A stretch of 64,000 nucleotides of DNA from Gordius albopunctatus (taxonomy: Eukaryota): NCBI GenBank assembly GCA_964276515.1, contig OZ193909.1:20708001-20772000 (forward strand), written 5' to 3'. The number at the start of each line of letters is the position of its first letter. The first letter of the stretch is position 1. A program made the translations under genes and the position numbers. The notes under the pieces were generated by a model, which did no database searches, was not told where the DNA came from, and saw nothing but the letters and a program-made list of their open reading frames with translations. Positions 37,656-50,254 of this stretch are shown in pieces.

Positions 37656-40180
37656 TCACTTTGTAAGTCGTATGTCGCCCTAATGTAGGCTGTATACTGA
37701 GCTGTTCCTGTGTCAGCTACAGTAGCATTGAGCGTAAATGTGGACCACTTACTGCTTGTTGGTATGATGTTATTTTTATTGTTGTTACCCCTCAATAAGT
37801 ATACGCCGTTGCGATGCCAGCAATACCACAAATCCACGTTTTCTGCTAGTTGGGGTTCAGTCCTGAAGCAGTGTTCCCGTGCTTGTTGGCCTATGAGAAC
37901 GTAGGATAACATCTCGACGTTGTCAGTATATGCTGGAGGGTGTGCAATCTCAGTATTGTTTGGTGCCCACATCGTGAGCGATGTATTGTTACCTGGTGCG
38001 TAATAGCTTATGTCGAAGCCTTGCCATCGCCTGACCACACCGTGCGCCCACAAGTCGTAGTAATCAATACCAATGCATAGTCTACTTTTGTACGGCTTCG
38101 TCGCAAGCGCTCCGCGAATAAAGACGGTGTACAGTGGGGTCCCTTTGAGTAGACTACCTCCAAGCCCGGCAATCATGGGGGTGCCACTCGGGTGAGGAAG
38201 CTTCTTAAAAACGAGGGTTCTGGTACAGGAGTTATATTCATACCCGTACGATGTGAAGTCGGCACTAGTCGAAGTTAGTTGTAGCCCATCGTTAATCACA
38301 TTGTCGAGGCCATTCTCTATCATGGGGTCAGGGCACCGGAAGATGCTAGTCCTGGCTGTCCTACCAGTGACAGCAGTGATAAGGGCTGTGGCACGATGCG
38401 GGGTCTGAATTCGTGGAATAATATCAAGTCCCTCTTGTAACAGTAGGTGTGCGGAGCTCTTCCTATTTATCATGTGAATATATTCTCCGTGACACCATGC
38501 TGCGTTTATAAAGTTTGACACAGTGTACTGAGCCAGTAGACTTGTATTTAATCCATAGAAGAAGTTTATGGAATCTTGCGTTATACCGACATAGTCATCA
38601 CTCACTAATAGGGCGACTACTGCTCTGCGCATACCTAGTGTGGGTAGACTGAGCATTTTGGTAATCCTGGGCCAGAATCGTCCCTCAACTGAGTCATGCA
38701 TGGGTTGGGCTATGAACCACATAGCCTGTTGCATCCCGTGCATGAAATCTTCGTACACGCGGTGATTTATTGTAAGCTTCTCGATCACCGAGATAATTAA
38801 TTGTTGCGTTACATTGACCTCAAACTGATCCGGGATTATGGGACAATTGACAGCCCCTATAATGTCGGTCGTTCGCTTACCGTTTGGTATTGGTTCAATA
38901 AGTACAATATCCTGGTCTATAAAGAATGGTGTTGACCTTTTATTGCCCTCAAGTGCATAAGCAAGCACAGCTACTTCTTGATGGCTGAACCTGCTTAAGT
39001 TGACGTAGTATTTGTAGTGAACCAGGGCTTTGTAGGCTGTCTCGTCCTTGAGCCAAATTGTTTTGATTGGGCCGAAAAGTGACATCGATGGGTCATAAGT
39101 GTACTTGAATCGGTTAGCATCAATCGGGAAGTAACCGTTTGTGAATCCATAATCGGTACCCCCTGCTGTCCGATCAATTACTGTATGGCAGTCTTCATAT
39201 ATAGGGTATGCCCAACACGATGTATGTAGTGTGAGGGGCAGCAGCATCGGTGATGTGATTAGGTTATGGTATGTCGGATCAACTGGTAATCCGTCAGCTA
39301 GTCGGCCTGTGTCGAAGTACTCACGTTCAATAGCTGTAGGCATGTACCGATATGGTAGGCCATCTGCTGCCGGTTGTTCTTCTGGTTTTAGTGAGCGCTC
39401 GTGAGCTCGCACTCTGTTCAGGTAACCATCAAGGTGGTTCTTGATTGTAGCTGCGTGTTGGTTCCAAATCGAGTGGGTAGCTGGGATGGGTCCAAACTGC
39501 AGAACTATGATTGGTGTGAGTTCTGTCACAATAAGCGAGTTTTGGAGGTGGAGACAGGTGTTGAGAAACGGGATACTCAACTGGGTTTCGACATTATGCC
39601 TGGAGTTTTTAGAAAACATGTCTAGCAGGTAAACCTGTTGTATTAACACGGTGAACAGTGCAGAGTAGTTTTCATATGCGTCACGCATAATTGTGTAGTA
39701 TATTTTATCAAGGTGCTCCCAATGATATTCTTCCGGAGTTATGGCACGCAACTCCTTGATATGCTCCACTGAATTGATAGACCCGGCTGAAGTGATTAGT
39801 CGAGCGTTGAGCCCGAAAATGGAGTTGTATCTGTGATTGGTCTTCCAGATGCATGGCGGGCCATAGATATTAACGTCTGTAACTGTCATGACTGGGATTT
39901 GCTTTTCTAGCCTTCTGTTGAGTATGTCGTTATACTCAGATTTGACTTCATACCTCCCGCCTTTGTTAGCGAGGTCAAGATTTCCAACTTTCTCCAAGTC
40001 TCCAGACCGATCAGCTTTATAACATAGGCCGAGCTCTACCTTTCTCTTAGCTACTCCGCAGGGCTGTAAGTCAAGGTCTACCCTGATAAGAGCCGACCCA
40101 TCAACAAACAAGTTTGGTCTGACGTCGTGAGGCACAAAACCTTTAACGTTGAAAGGATCAAATATATAGGCGTTTGACAT
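37496..40180 (-). CDS. Totivirus-like capsid protein, endogenous copy B (894 aa, intact, intronless)
   Basis: GC-richer intronless ORF with NSIFGLN..IT..G.I, MRDAYENYSAL, DRTAGGTDYGF, EVAVLAYALEGNKRSTPFFIDQD and C-terminal EDF at a GGAUUUU site; capsid-then-pol layout of Ghabrivirales/totiviruses. Confidence 0.82.
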   Translation of the reverse strand: MSNAYIFDPFNVKGFVPHDVRPNLFVDGSALIRVDLDLQPCGVAKRKVELGLCYKADRSGDLEKVGNLDLANKGGRYEVKSEYNDILNRRLEKQIPVMTVTDVNIYGPPCIWKTNHRYNSIFGLNARLITSAGSINSVEHIKELRAITPEEYHWEHLDKIYYTIMRDAYENYSALFTVLIQQVYLLDMFSKNSRHNVETQLSIPFLNTCLHLQNSLIVTELTPIIVLQFGPIPATHSIWNQHAATIKNHLDGYLNRVRAHERSLKPEEQPAADGLPYRYMPTAIEREYFDTGRLADGLPVDPTYHNLITSPMLLPLTLHTSCWAYPIYEDCHTVIDRTAGGTDYGFTNGYFPIDANRFKYTYDPSMSLFGPIKTIWLKDETAYKALVHYKYYVNLSRFSHQEVAVLAYALEGNKRSTPFFIDQDIVLIEPIPNGKRTTDIIGAVNCPIIPDQFEVNVTQQLIISVIEKLTINHRVYEDFMHGMQQAMWFIAQPMHDSVEGRFWPRITKMLSLPTLGMRRAVVALLVSDDYVGITQDSINFFYGLNTSLLAQYTVSNFINAAWCHGEYIHMINRKSSAHLLLQEGLDIIPRIQTPHRATALITAVTGRTARTSIFRCPDPMIENGLDNVINDGLQLTSTSADFTSYGYEYNSCTRTLVFKKLPHPSGTPMIAGLGGSLLKGTPLYTVFIRGALATKPYKSRLCIGIDYYDLWAHGVVRRWQGFDISYYAPGNNTSLTMWAPNNTEIAHPPAYTDNVEMLSYVLIGQQAREHCFRTEPQLAENVDLWYCWHRNGVYLLRGNNNKNNIIPTSSKWSTFTLNATVADTGTAQYTAYIRATYDLQSEDFHVDWDRAQLPGTDFVDQLKSLTILNDITSPLVIDGLTVSEVVNTTPAPGQ
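37649..37655 (-). promoter_or_regulatory. -1 ribosomal frameshift slippery heptamer G GAU UUU
   Basis: Correct phase in the capsid frame (GAG GAT TTT), 50 codons before the stop; the -1 frame continues open past the capsid stop. Confidence 0.7.
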
Positions 40181-41620
40181 GATAGGAGTAAATTGCGAAG
40201 TCGAATAATTATCTGGCGAGTTGGGGGGGGGGGAGAAAATATTTTCCCAACCTTCTCGTCAACACGTTGAGTTATCGACGCTAGTTTTGGAAAACTTTTT
40301 TTCTAATGTTTCCGCGATAACCGCGTTTTTGATACGACCATACATACTCTGTGAATGCGGATGCGTCGTACGCATTGCGATGCGTTTATCTTCTTTGGTT
40401 TGTCCCCCTAAAAAATATTTTTTTAACAAGTTTGTTTATTTATTTGTAGAAATAAACACTATAAATAAAAACAGACATAGAATAAAAAGAATATATTATG
40501 TATACATAAATATTTATCCGAGTTTGAAGGCTGGTCAGAGATCACCCAGGGATTTGAAATTCTATTTAGCGATATTAGGATGCAAATTTTTTATTAAAGA
40601 GCTCATATTGTTTTGACATAGAAATAAGAAAGAAACCATAGACTAGTTATACACCAGACTGGGGAACCACTGATATATGGGTGTAGCCAGCATTGGAATT
40701 AGAGGGGAGGACAATAATGATTTAGGAAAGGGCTAATTGATAGTTTCTCAAAATTTAAGCCATAATTTTAATAACTTTCAAAGAATATTTGGGTTAACCA
40801 CCTCTTTTAATTATAAGCAAGAAGTAAATTTTATATTTTTATACCTCAACAATAATAATCATGAATTTGCATAAGTAATCTTAAAAGTAGGATTCAAAAT
40901 TATATTATGATGTATTTAATAGAAATTTATATTTATAAATCCATAGGCAACATATACCTAAAAAAACATATTGAGTGACTAATAATACTTACCATTAATG
41001 GTGGTTAAATCTTGTGCTCCAAATATGTCAGTTGAGATGAGAATTTGTATCAGGACTTCTCCTATAGAAATGTATCCATCAAGGGTTTGATTGTAACAAT
41101 ATTTATGGCTTGTATTATCAAAAATATATTTCATTGCATATAATTTATTACATTTTAAGGAATTTACAAGATTAGGTAAAGGTTGATTTACCTTTGTATT
41201 GATATCTCTAGTTTCGGTTGTCAATTTTGTCATTTCTTCATAATAAGGTCTATAACGTGGAAAGAGGCAGTTGATTATTTACTTGTAATCCAATACACAA
41301 CTAGAATAAAAATATATTTAAGGTACAATTTTATTATTGAAGCAATATAAAGTAAATCTTACTGAGTTAAGTAATACAGAAAATGCCATAATATTAATTG
41401 ATTCAGTATATCCTACATTATTAGAGCTAAGGGATAATAATTTTAATATTTTTGTTAAATAAAATAATATAGATACTTTTGTTTCTTTAGAAGTACGAAT
41501 AGAGCCAGTATAAATGAATAGATGCCATGTCACATGGCCATCATAAATTACAATATGATTCCATCAATCAAAACGATAAATGGCCTAATGTTTTTTTATT
41601 TCACAGAGGAAGTACATTTT
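40181..41620 (-). pseudogene. Degenerate 5' exons of PLEKHM1-like paralog B, splice signals retained
   Basis: Homologous to parent exons 1-3. GTAAG donors at about 41362 and 40992; AG acceptors at about 41301 and 40408; about 850 nt of the RUN exon deleted. Confidence 0.85.
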
Positions 41621-42096
41621 TATGGTGCCCTATCAACTCGCCGAAAAGAATCTTGCCGTATTCACCCTGGGATATTAATGATTTTCACCCGATATCATAA
41701 AGAAGAATATCTTTTAAAAAAATTATCATAATTAATATAAAAAATACCTAAATTGCAACTTTAATGCGAAATTCGATAATTAATATTGTTTTTTGTTGGG
41801 GGAAATTTTATAATTGGGGATATTTTTTAACAGGTTTTCTGCAAGTTGACACCCAATTTTATCACCCGAAAATTGACCAGACCCAGGAGAATTTGATTGA
41901 CAAAAATTTATTAATAGACAATTTAGAGATGTCATCTAGAAAATAGGTAAATTTTACGAGGAAACTTCCTCGGGAACTTTTAAGTTTTCCGATAATTTCT
42001 CTTTTAGTTTATTATAATTAACATATAATATATTTAGTCTTTTAGATGGTATTTTTATATACTTAAAGGTTATTTAATTTTTAATTGATGTTGACG

Positions 42097-42296
42097 NNNN
42101 NNNNNNNNNNNNNNNNNNNNNNNNNNNNNNNNNNNNNNNNNNNNNNNNNNNNNNNNNNNNNNNNNNNNNNNNNNNNNNNNNNNNNNNNNNNNNNNNNNNN
42201 NNNNNNNNNNNNNNNNNNNNNNNNNNNNNNNNNNNNNNNNNNNNNNNNNNNNNNNNNNNNNNNNNNNNNNNNNNNNNNNNNNNNNNNNNNNNNNNN
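42097..42296. other. Assembly gap (200 N)
   Basis: Run of N. Confidence 1.
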
Positions 42297-44374
42297 GGGC
42301 GGCCGCCCCCCCCCCCTGAATGAGAATTTTTCTATTTTTTAATGTAAATTTATGTAAAAATTGGAAAAAATTAGTGTTTCGCCCCCCCCCCGATTGAAAT
42401 TAAGTTTAGTAGTTGCGTTTGTGTTAGTTCCTTCATACATCGTTTTACATATCCTCTGTACACTGTACTGTTGATTACTAACGTTAAATACCAAAAAAGT
42501 AGTCTCGGCGATTTTTTTTGCTCGCCCCCCCCCTGATCCGAAAGCTGGCTACGCCCATGTACTTGATTATTAATAATCATTAATTATATGCTTATATTAT
42601 TAAGTTAATGATATATTGAAGTCTATATTACATTGCTTTTAAACTATATTAAAAAGAAGATTCTTATGGGATATTAATAATTGCTAAATATGTTATCACG
42701 TTAAATATCTGTTGATTTATTTAAAGCTGTTTTTACAAAACATATTGCTGCATAGGTTTAACTGTTTTAAAAGGTAAAGATTTTTATGTGATTTGAATAA
42801 TCACTAATCAAGTATGCTTTTATGTCAAATATTCCTTTATTTATAAGATCTATTTACTTAACTCTATAATAAAATAAAATCATGGCCAAAGCCGGGGAGG
42901 CAGAGAGCGGCAGCTACCCCCTCTAAATCCAAAAATTGTCAAAATTTATTAAAATTATAGCTAAAATTTGGAATAATGATCATTTTGCCCCCCCCCCCTA
43001 AATTATTCTTGCCCCCCCCTCTAATTCCAAGACGCCCAAGAATAAAATAAATTGCAAAAAAGGCAATTACACTGAAAGTTCCAAATCCTATCAGATGTGG
43101 TATTGGTATTGTTATTATGCTTGAAAGCTAGGCTTCAAATAAAGCTATTGTCAAAGAAACAGTATTATTTTTTAGGTTTTTTGTTTTGTTAAACTATAAA
43201 GGCAAAAGGCAAATTTTCTGAGACAATGAGGTTTAATTCAAAATACCTTACCATTTTTATGGCTAATAAATCTAAAATAATGCAGGTGGATGGACACCGA
43301 GCATTTTTATTTGACGTTTTTGAAGCATTTTATTCAATAAATACATGATTGGACGAAAGGTCATCGTAAAATATGAGCCAAACCCTTATTTATTGGATTA
43401 ATAAAAGATAGCATTATGCTGTCTAGAAATTCATTTGGCCGCCTACTTGCTTAATTCACGTTTTTGTGGAAAAAATTTAAGTGGAAAAGATTTAAGGTGA
43501 TTAACTGTGTTACCCGTCTGGCGTTAATGCGAAACTCAACCACGGAAAGGTTATAACGAATCTTACTGAATTTCGTGGTAGAGAAATGATATGGGCCAAT
43601 GTTGATTATACAAAGCCCTTAATTTCATGGAAGGAATATGCAATAATCAAGTGATTAATGCTCTAGCAAAAGAATATTTTCACCGCCGCCTTCTACTGCG
43701 GCCTACGAAAGGATTTCATTGCAGTTCGAAGCGCATAACATATCCCAGGCAGTTCCAGTGGCAGATGCGCAGAAAAAATAAAGGGTTATAAGTTGTTTAT
43801 CGATTGAAGTATTCCAAGTGGTGGCAGGGATGTCGTATCAGTCAACCCAACAAATGGGCGTTCGAGAAATTAACAAGCAGTTTGCGTAAGTTATTCAAAA
43901 CAAATAATTGTCGCCTGGCGCAAAGATTCATTCTTGTGGATATTCGCCAGATAGGCGAAGCCGAAATACTATCCGTGCGCAGACTCAAAACCGCAGCAAA
44001 GAACAACAACTTCAGAACTGATGAGTTCCAACACACTTATGGATCAGTTTATTCTGGGACTGCAGAAAAGACAGGGAAATGGCTGAATGACCTTGAATAT
44101 GACAGGATCTTCGAGATAGTATGAAAATGGAGGCAATCGATGAAGGGTTAAAAAGGTTGCATGTTACAGCCGATGAGGCATTTGCAATGGATACATAAAT
44201 AGTCGGCCATAACTTGATCAGGTTCATCCATACTTTATTTTTATCGACTTATGTATTAATGCGAATTTGGTTAAATTTTAATCGGACACGGCATCTGCCA
44301 TAAAGATCGTGCCGATCCTCCTCTGGAGGAAACCCCTACCAACCGTGGCAGACCTCATCCCGACCGTCTATGGG

Positions 44375-46807
44375 TAGAGACCTGCACGGGCGGCCCGAGC
44401 CCTAAATTCTGAGGCTCCAAAATTCCGGGCCGGGCCTAATTCATAAATATTAGGCCCGGCCCGGAATAATTTTGAGGTAGTAGCCTAAGTAGTCTTTGAT
44501 TCTGTTTAAAAAATATATTTCAAAAAATTAATTAATTAAAAGTTATTGCATCTGTTAAACATTCATTCATTTAATTCGCGCTTTTTTCAATATAATACAA
44601 ACAATTGAGTATGGAACAAAGAAGAAAACTACTGCAAATAGCTGAATATATCCAGAAAGATTTTTATAAGGTAAGATAAAATCTTAGGGGGAAGAGTCCA
44701 GTATGGAAAAGATTCCTTTTTGTCTATGACAATATGGATATGAAGATAGATTAGGTTTTCTGCAAAGCTTGCAAGAATGTATTATCTTATAATTCTTGCC
44801 AATCAGGTATTTAGTAATGTTAGTTTTGATAATGCTTAATAGGGAACACTCATCTCCAAAGGCATAAATGCTCTGAAGAAGTCCAGAAAAAGAAAAATAT
44901 AGAAAAATTGGACAATTACTTATGCAAGCCATCCTCAACAAAACTTAAAAACCCTGCAATAATTAAAAAATATCTGATATCCTCAATAGCCCATTTTTGT
45001 GGAAGGGATATGAGATCTTTCAATACAATTCATGGTGATGGGTTTATACAATTAGCCCAGCATTTAATTAGATTGGGCTCAATTCATGGTAATATTGATG
45101 CTAAGGATATTATGCCATGTCCAACAACTATATCCAGACATATGGTTCAAACTATGGAACATGAGAGAAATAAGATATATCCCACCATTTTCAAAGCCCT
45201 TTCTGAAGGACACTGCTCAGGTATAAAATTATAAATCAAACTATATAATGTATTAATAAGGCACAACAGATATGTGCCATGGTGGTTATAAAAAAACAAC
45301 TATATTACATTGACGTTACACTATGTGATTGGTTATAAACTTTACAAAATTGTATTGTTTATTAAGTTTGAAGAAGACAGGAAAACTGGGGAAAATATAA
45401 AAGAAATACTAAACAAATTTCTTTCTTTAGGTATTATATTATGTTTAGGTTTTATAAAATGGTTTTAAGGTTACACCCATAAACAGTTCTTAGATATGAT
45501 CATAGTTACTGATCAAGGCAGTAACATGATCAGTGCCTTTCAATGTCAAAAAAGGCTAAATTGCTCAGCTCACATGCTCAACACGATTTTACGGAACACA
45601 TTTAAAAATGAGTATCTAGAGCAGAATCATCCAATTATCTATGAGACTATGAGTCAGTGCCAAAGCCTTATTGTAGATATGAAACGGACAGAGTGAAAAA
45701 CTTAGAATTTATATTTATTAGGTTGGTAAATAAACTGACTCAAGGCCTACATTTATGTGTGGAAACAAGATGGAATAGCCGTCTTCGAATGTTTGAAACA
45801 TTTCTTAATGTTTACAGTGAATTGAGAAGTCTTCTTGAAGGGTCGACACTTCTTGTTAAATTTAATGACATAAATAAATATATTGTGGAGGAGCTTGTAA
45901 CCTTTTTGAAGGTTTTCAAAATTGCAAGTGACGATCTAGAGGCAGATCTGAGACCAACTTTGCATCTAGTTGGTTTATATTATTATAAATTGGAAAAAGA
46001 GATGGAGTCATACATCCAAAAAAATACAACGATGAAAATTTTAGCATCCCGTTGTCTAGAATTTTTACACAGCAAGTTTACACTTGATATAAATCATAAA
46101 TTAGCCATATTTTTATCTCCCCAATTTAAAAGTTTGAAAATGTTCCCCCCATCAGATTTTAACATGATATGCCAAGTAGTTAAATCCCTAGTTTCTAGGG
46201 ATGGGGGCCATTCATTACAATCACAAGTAACTGGTGTTAGTGCCAACACTCATTCAGTTCAAGGTAATTAATTAATTCTTAAAATATAATATTTATAACT
46301 AGGTGGTGATGGTTCATCGTTTCAAGACTTTAGTACGTGGCATGAAACATCTTCTATGGCGGAAGATGTAGAGGAGAATGAAGTTGACAATTACATAAAG
46401 TTAAAGATCAATGAGAAAAATATAGAATTATTGGAATGGTGGAAAGACCACAGTAGCCAATTTTCAGCGCTTAGCTGCCTTGCTTGTAAGATTTTTTCAA
46501 CACCTGCTTCATCTGCCTCGAGTGAGAGGTGTTTTTCGTCCGCGGGCCGCATTTTTGAAGAGCGGAGAACAAATTTAAACTCTGAGATTTTTGATGCTTG
46601 TATTTTTTTACATCAAAATAGTTCCATTATCGATTTATAATTTTATTATGTGCGTTTTATTTTTTAATAAATAATTTTACCAAAATTGCGTTTGATTTAA
46701 TTTTTAGCAATTATTAAAATTCCGGGCCGGGCCCGGGCCTTGTTTTTAGAGATGCTAAAATTCGGGCCCGGGCCGGGCCTTAAAAAAATCGATTTTGCAG
46801 GTCTCTA
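44375..46807 (+). mobile_element. hAT transposon (hobo/Hermes/Ac-like transposase, apparently with short introns)
   Basis: TIR tagagacctgca; 8-bp TSD tctatggg; empty site at about 14330. Motifs VTDQGSNM, CSAHMLN, TRWNSR, LEWWK, PASSASSERCFS. Confidence 0.93.
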
Positions 46808-49800
46808 TCTATGGGTATGGAAACATAAAGATAAGTGCCAAGGTTCGCCTAGGGCAGAAAAAGTCCCGCTTTATACACTTGGATTAAAGTTATATCTACC
46901 ATCACTAAGTGAAATCTACCCGGAATCTGCATATCAAGTTATTTTTAGTTTTAAAAATGTTGGATGCAACAATTTTTTAGATATTAAATTAATTTTTATA
47001 TAATAAAATCAACTTTATATATATATAATTCTCTTGTCACGGTGTGTTGTCCTCAACTCCTCCGAAACGGCTGGACCGATTTAGATGGAAATTTCTGTGA
47101 ATATTTGGTAGGTCTGAGCCTAGGTTTTTTAGTATATTCCAAATCGTTAAGTTATAAGACGGTCGAGTTATTTAGGTCTATACGTTTTGACGTTTAATAA
47201 AATGTCAATCAAACGCAATCTCATGACGTAATGCGTATCTATCGTGTTCTTTGAAAATTTGAATATACAGTTCTTTAGTAAAAGTGTATCACTTCACTTA
47301 TAGTATTTTCTAGACCGTCATGCGTGTAGATAGTGTAGTCTGATAAATGTAAGCATGTGCTGCGGAAAATGGAAACTTTTTACGATTTGAAACATTAAAT
47401 CAAAGTCATTTTTTCTTATTTTTCACGACAATTATTATTATTATAGGACGGTCGTGTCACCTCCTGTGTGGCTGGCTAAATAAATTAAAAAATCTAATTT
47501 TGTTATTTTTTGCGCGTTAAATAAGGAGAAAAATGAAAATACTTTTAACAAAGTGCCAATAAATGTTGATATATCTCAGTAGGCCTATTTTAAACAAAAA
47601 AGAGGCTTTGCTTAGGAGGTTAGAGGATATTCGCATGTTTCGCAAATAACCGAGATTAATGATGTTGCTCCGGTTGCCTCGGGCCGGAATCATACAAATT
47701 AACGTAAGACAGTGGTCATTTTATGGAGCATTTTAAACCTGGACTGTGGATTATTAAAATAATTAAATAAAGATAGAATACATGTGAACAACAAAGTGAG
47801 TTTAAAAAACCTTATTTTTTGTCGAACTTGACATGATAATAAATTAATTAAGGAATTAAAAATTGATTAATAAGCATCGGCATTAAACACCAGGGAATAG
47901 AACTTATAAAAGCCACGGAGATGAGAATTCTACGGTGGAGCTTGGGGTTAACTAAGCTCGACCATATGACGAATGACTTTCTCATGACAAAAATGAATAT
48001 TCAACCTATGGCGGACAAGAGGATGACCCCGTGTCACATGGAACGAGCAAGGCGATAAAGTTATGAAAACTAAAGAGTAATCAAGACATTGCACTCACCC
48101 GGTCAAGATGCAAGAAACTTATCAAAACAAACCCCACGACCGTGGGACCAAATAACTGATAAAGAAGAAAAAGATTCAAACAAAGGGCTTCACCCCTGTA
48201 CCCCGGCTGGGGCTGCCCCTCTAAACCTTACTCAAGGGGCTCCGGCCCTTAAACCTCTGTCTACTTGCTGTCTTTGTGTGGCCTTATTAGGCTCTTCTAA
48301 ATTCGTATGGGAGCATTCATTTGCTATGCAATTTAAGCAATAGTAAAAATTAACGGAGGGCAAATTGAGGTTAAAGGATCGGGCTACGTCTATAATGGTA
48401 CCTGTGAGGTCGCTGAAGCCATTAACTCATTTCCCCTAGATTCTGCAGCCGGCCTAGACGGAATCCGCCCTGTATATCTCCAAGATTTACTTAAAATTAA
48501 TAACCTAAACTCAACATGCCTCCTAAAGGCCATAACATCGTTATGCAATCTCATTGTCAATGGGGACGTGCCTCATGAAATAATACCTATTTTGTTTGGT
48601 GGCAAATTGATAGCGATTAAGAAGCCAGACAATTCACTAAGACCTGTCGCTATTGGGGGAGTTTTTAGGAGGATTATTTCTAAAATAATATGTAATAAAA
48701 TCAAACCGATCCTTTCCACTAACCTAAGTCCACATCAATTAGGTTTTGGAATAAAGGGTGGCTGCGAAGCTGCTAGTCATGCCGCTAGGCTAGTCCTCAA
48801 AGGCATACCATCGGATTATTGCATGGTCAAACTAGACTTTGCCAACGCTTTTAATAGCATTCGTAGAGATGTCCTTATCGAAAATTTTCTCGAGAAATTT
48901 CCGGGAGTTCCATAACTACATCTTATTAAGTTATGGCTCAACATCCTTTTTAAGATTTGGGGATTTTAAAATAAATTTATCTGAAGGTATCCAACAAGGT
49001 GACCCATTGGGTCCGCCATTATTTTGCTCAGGCATCCAATGTTTAGTGGAAAAAATATCGCACGAATGCGACCTAACACTTAATATTTGGTACTTGGACG
49101 ATGCCACTCTTTGTGGTCATCCTCGCGAAGTTTTTAAAGCCATCAAAATTATAAAAGATTTCGAACCAATTTTAAAACTAAAACTAAACGAGACCAAATG
49201 TGAGATCTTTCAACCCCCTGATTACTCATTATATCCACATATTACCCCTTTTTTAGCAATCGAGAAAGACGCTATGTGCCATCTTGGATCGCCTATAGGT
49301 GGTAGAGTTGGACTCGCAACTTATTTGGAGAAAAATCTCTCTATTTTAAACTCAAAATTAGATCTCTTAAAGTGCTTGCCTTCACACCACGCTTTTTACA
49401 TAATGAAAAACTATTTTAATATTTCAAAAATTCAACACTGTTTTCGCTCTTAAAGTGCTTTTTTACACTCGGAAATTTTAAACCTCTTCGAACAGAATAT
49501 TAAATCTATTTTACAATCTATTTTAAATATAAAGTTAAATACTCATAGCTGGTTACAAGCTTCGCTGCCAACCAAATCGGGTGGTTTAGGGATTCGCTCA
49601 CCTGCCGCAATATCTCTAGTCTCATTTATTTCATCTTACAAATCGGTACAAGATACCATTTTTAAGTTGTATCCTGTTAAAGAAGACCCGCTTTTACCCA
49701 TTGCTTTAGCTATTTGGAAAAACAATACCAATCCCGGAACACCTTTGCCACAAACCTCATGACAAAAAGATTGGGATACCGGACTTGTGTTGCTCTCCGT

Positions 49801-50254
49801 TGATTATCTAATTTCGAGTAGCGATGCAAGTCAGTGTTCTAATTTAAGGTCGTTTTTGTTTGATGGCTCAGGTCACGAATGGCTAGAGGTCTACCCAAGC
49901 TGTCTCACCGGGATGATGCTGGAGGACTCGGAACTTTCGTACTCCATAGCTCTGAGGCTAGGGGTGATATTTTCGAAGCCATTTATTTGCCGAAATTGCA
50001 GCATACTAGTAGACGAACAAGCCAGGCATCCCTTACACTGTCTGGCAAACAAATTTAAATATGTTAGACACAATAAGACCAATACCTTAATTCAAAGTGC
50101 ATTGAAGAGAGCAAATATCCCATCCATCTTGGAGCCATCGGACCCCTCCTTGGAGGGACGTATGCGTCCTGATGGATCTTCTTTAGTCCCATGGAGCAAT
50201 GGTCTTCACCTTAAATGGGACTTCACGTGTATTGACCTATTTGCCCCCTATAAC

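Noticed and set aside
36834..40190. Contaminating live-virus contig or replication-competent provirus
   Set aside because: It is embedded in host exons with the same 5' junction in two copies; pol is truncated and disrupted with no catalytic motifs.
40178..41533. Currently expressed RUN-capsid fusion protein
   Set aside because: In-frame stops lie about 27-30 codons upstream of the capsid ATG in both copies, and most of the RUN exon is deleted.
42085..42342. 85-aa ORF
   Set aside because: Artifact of translating the N gap.
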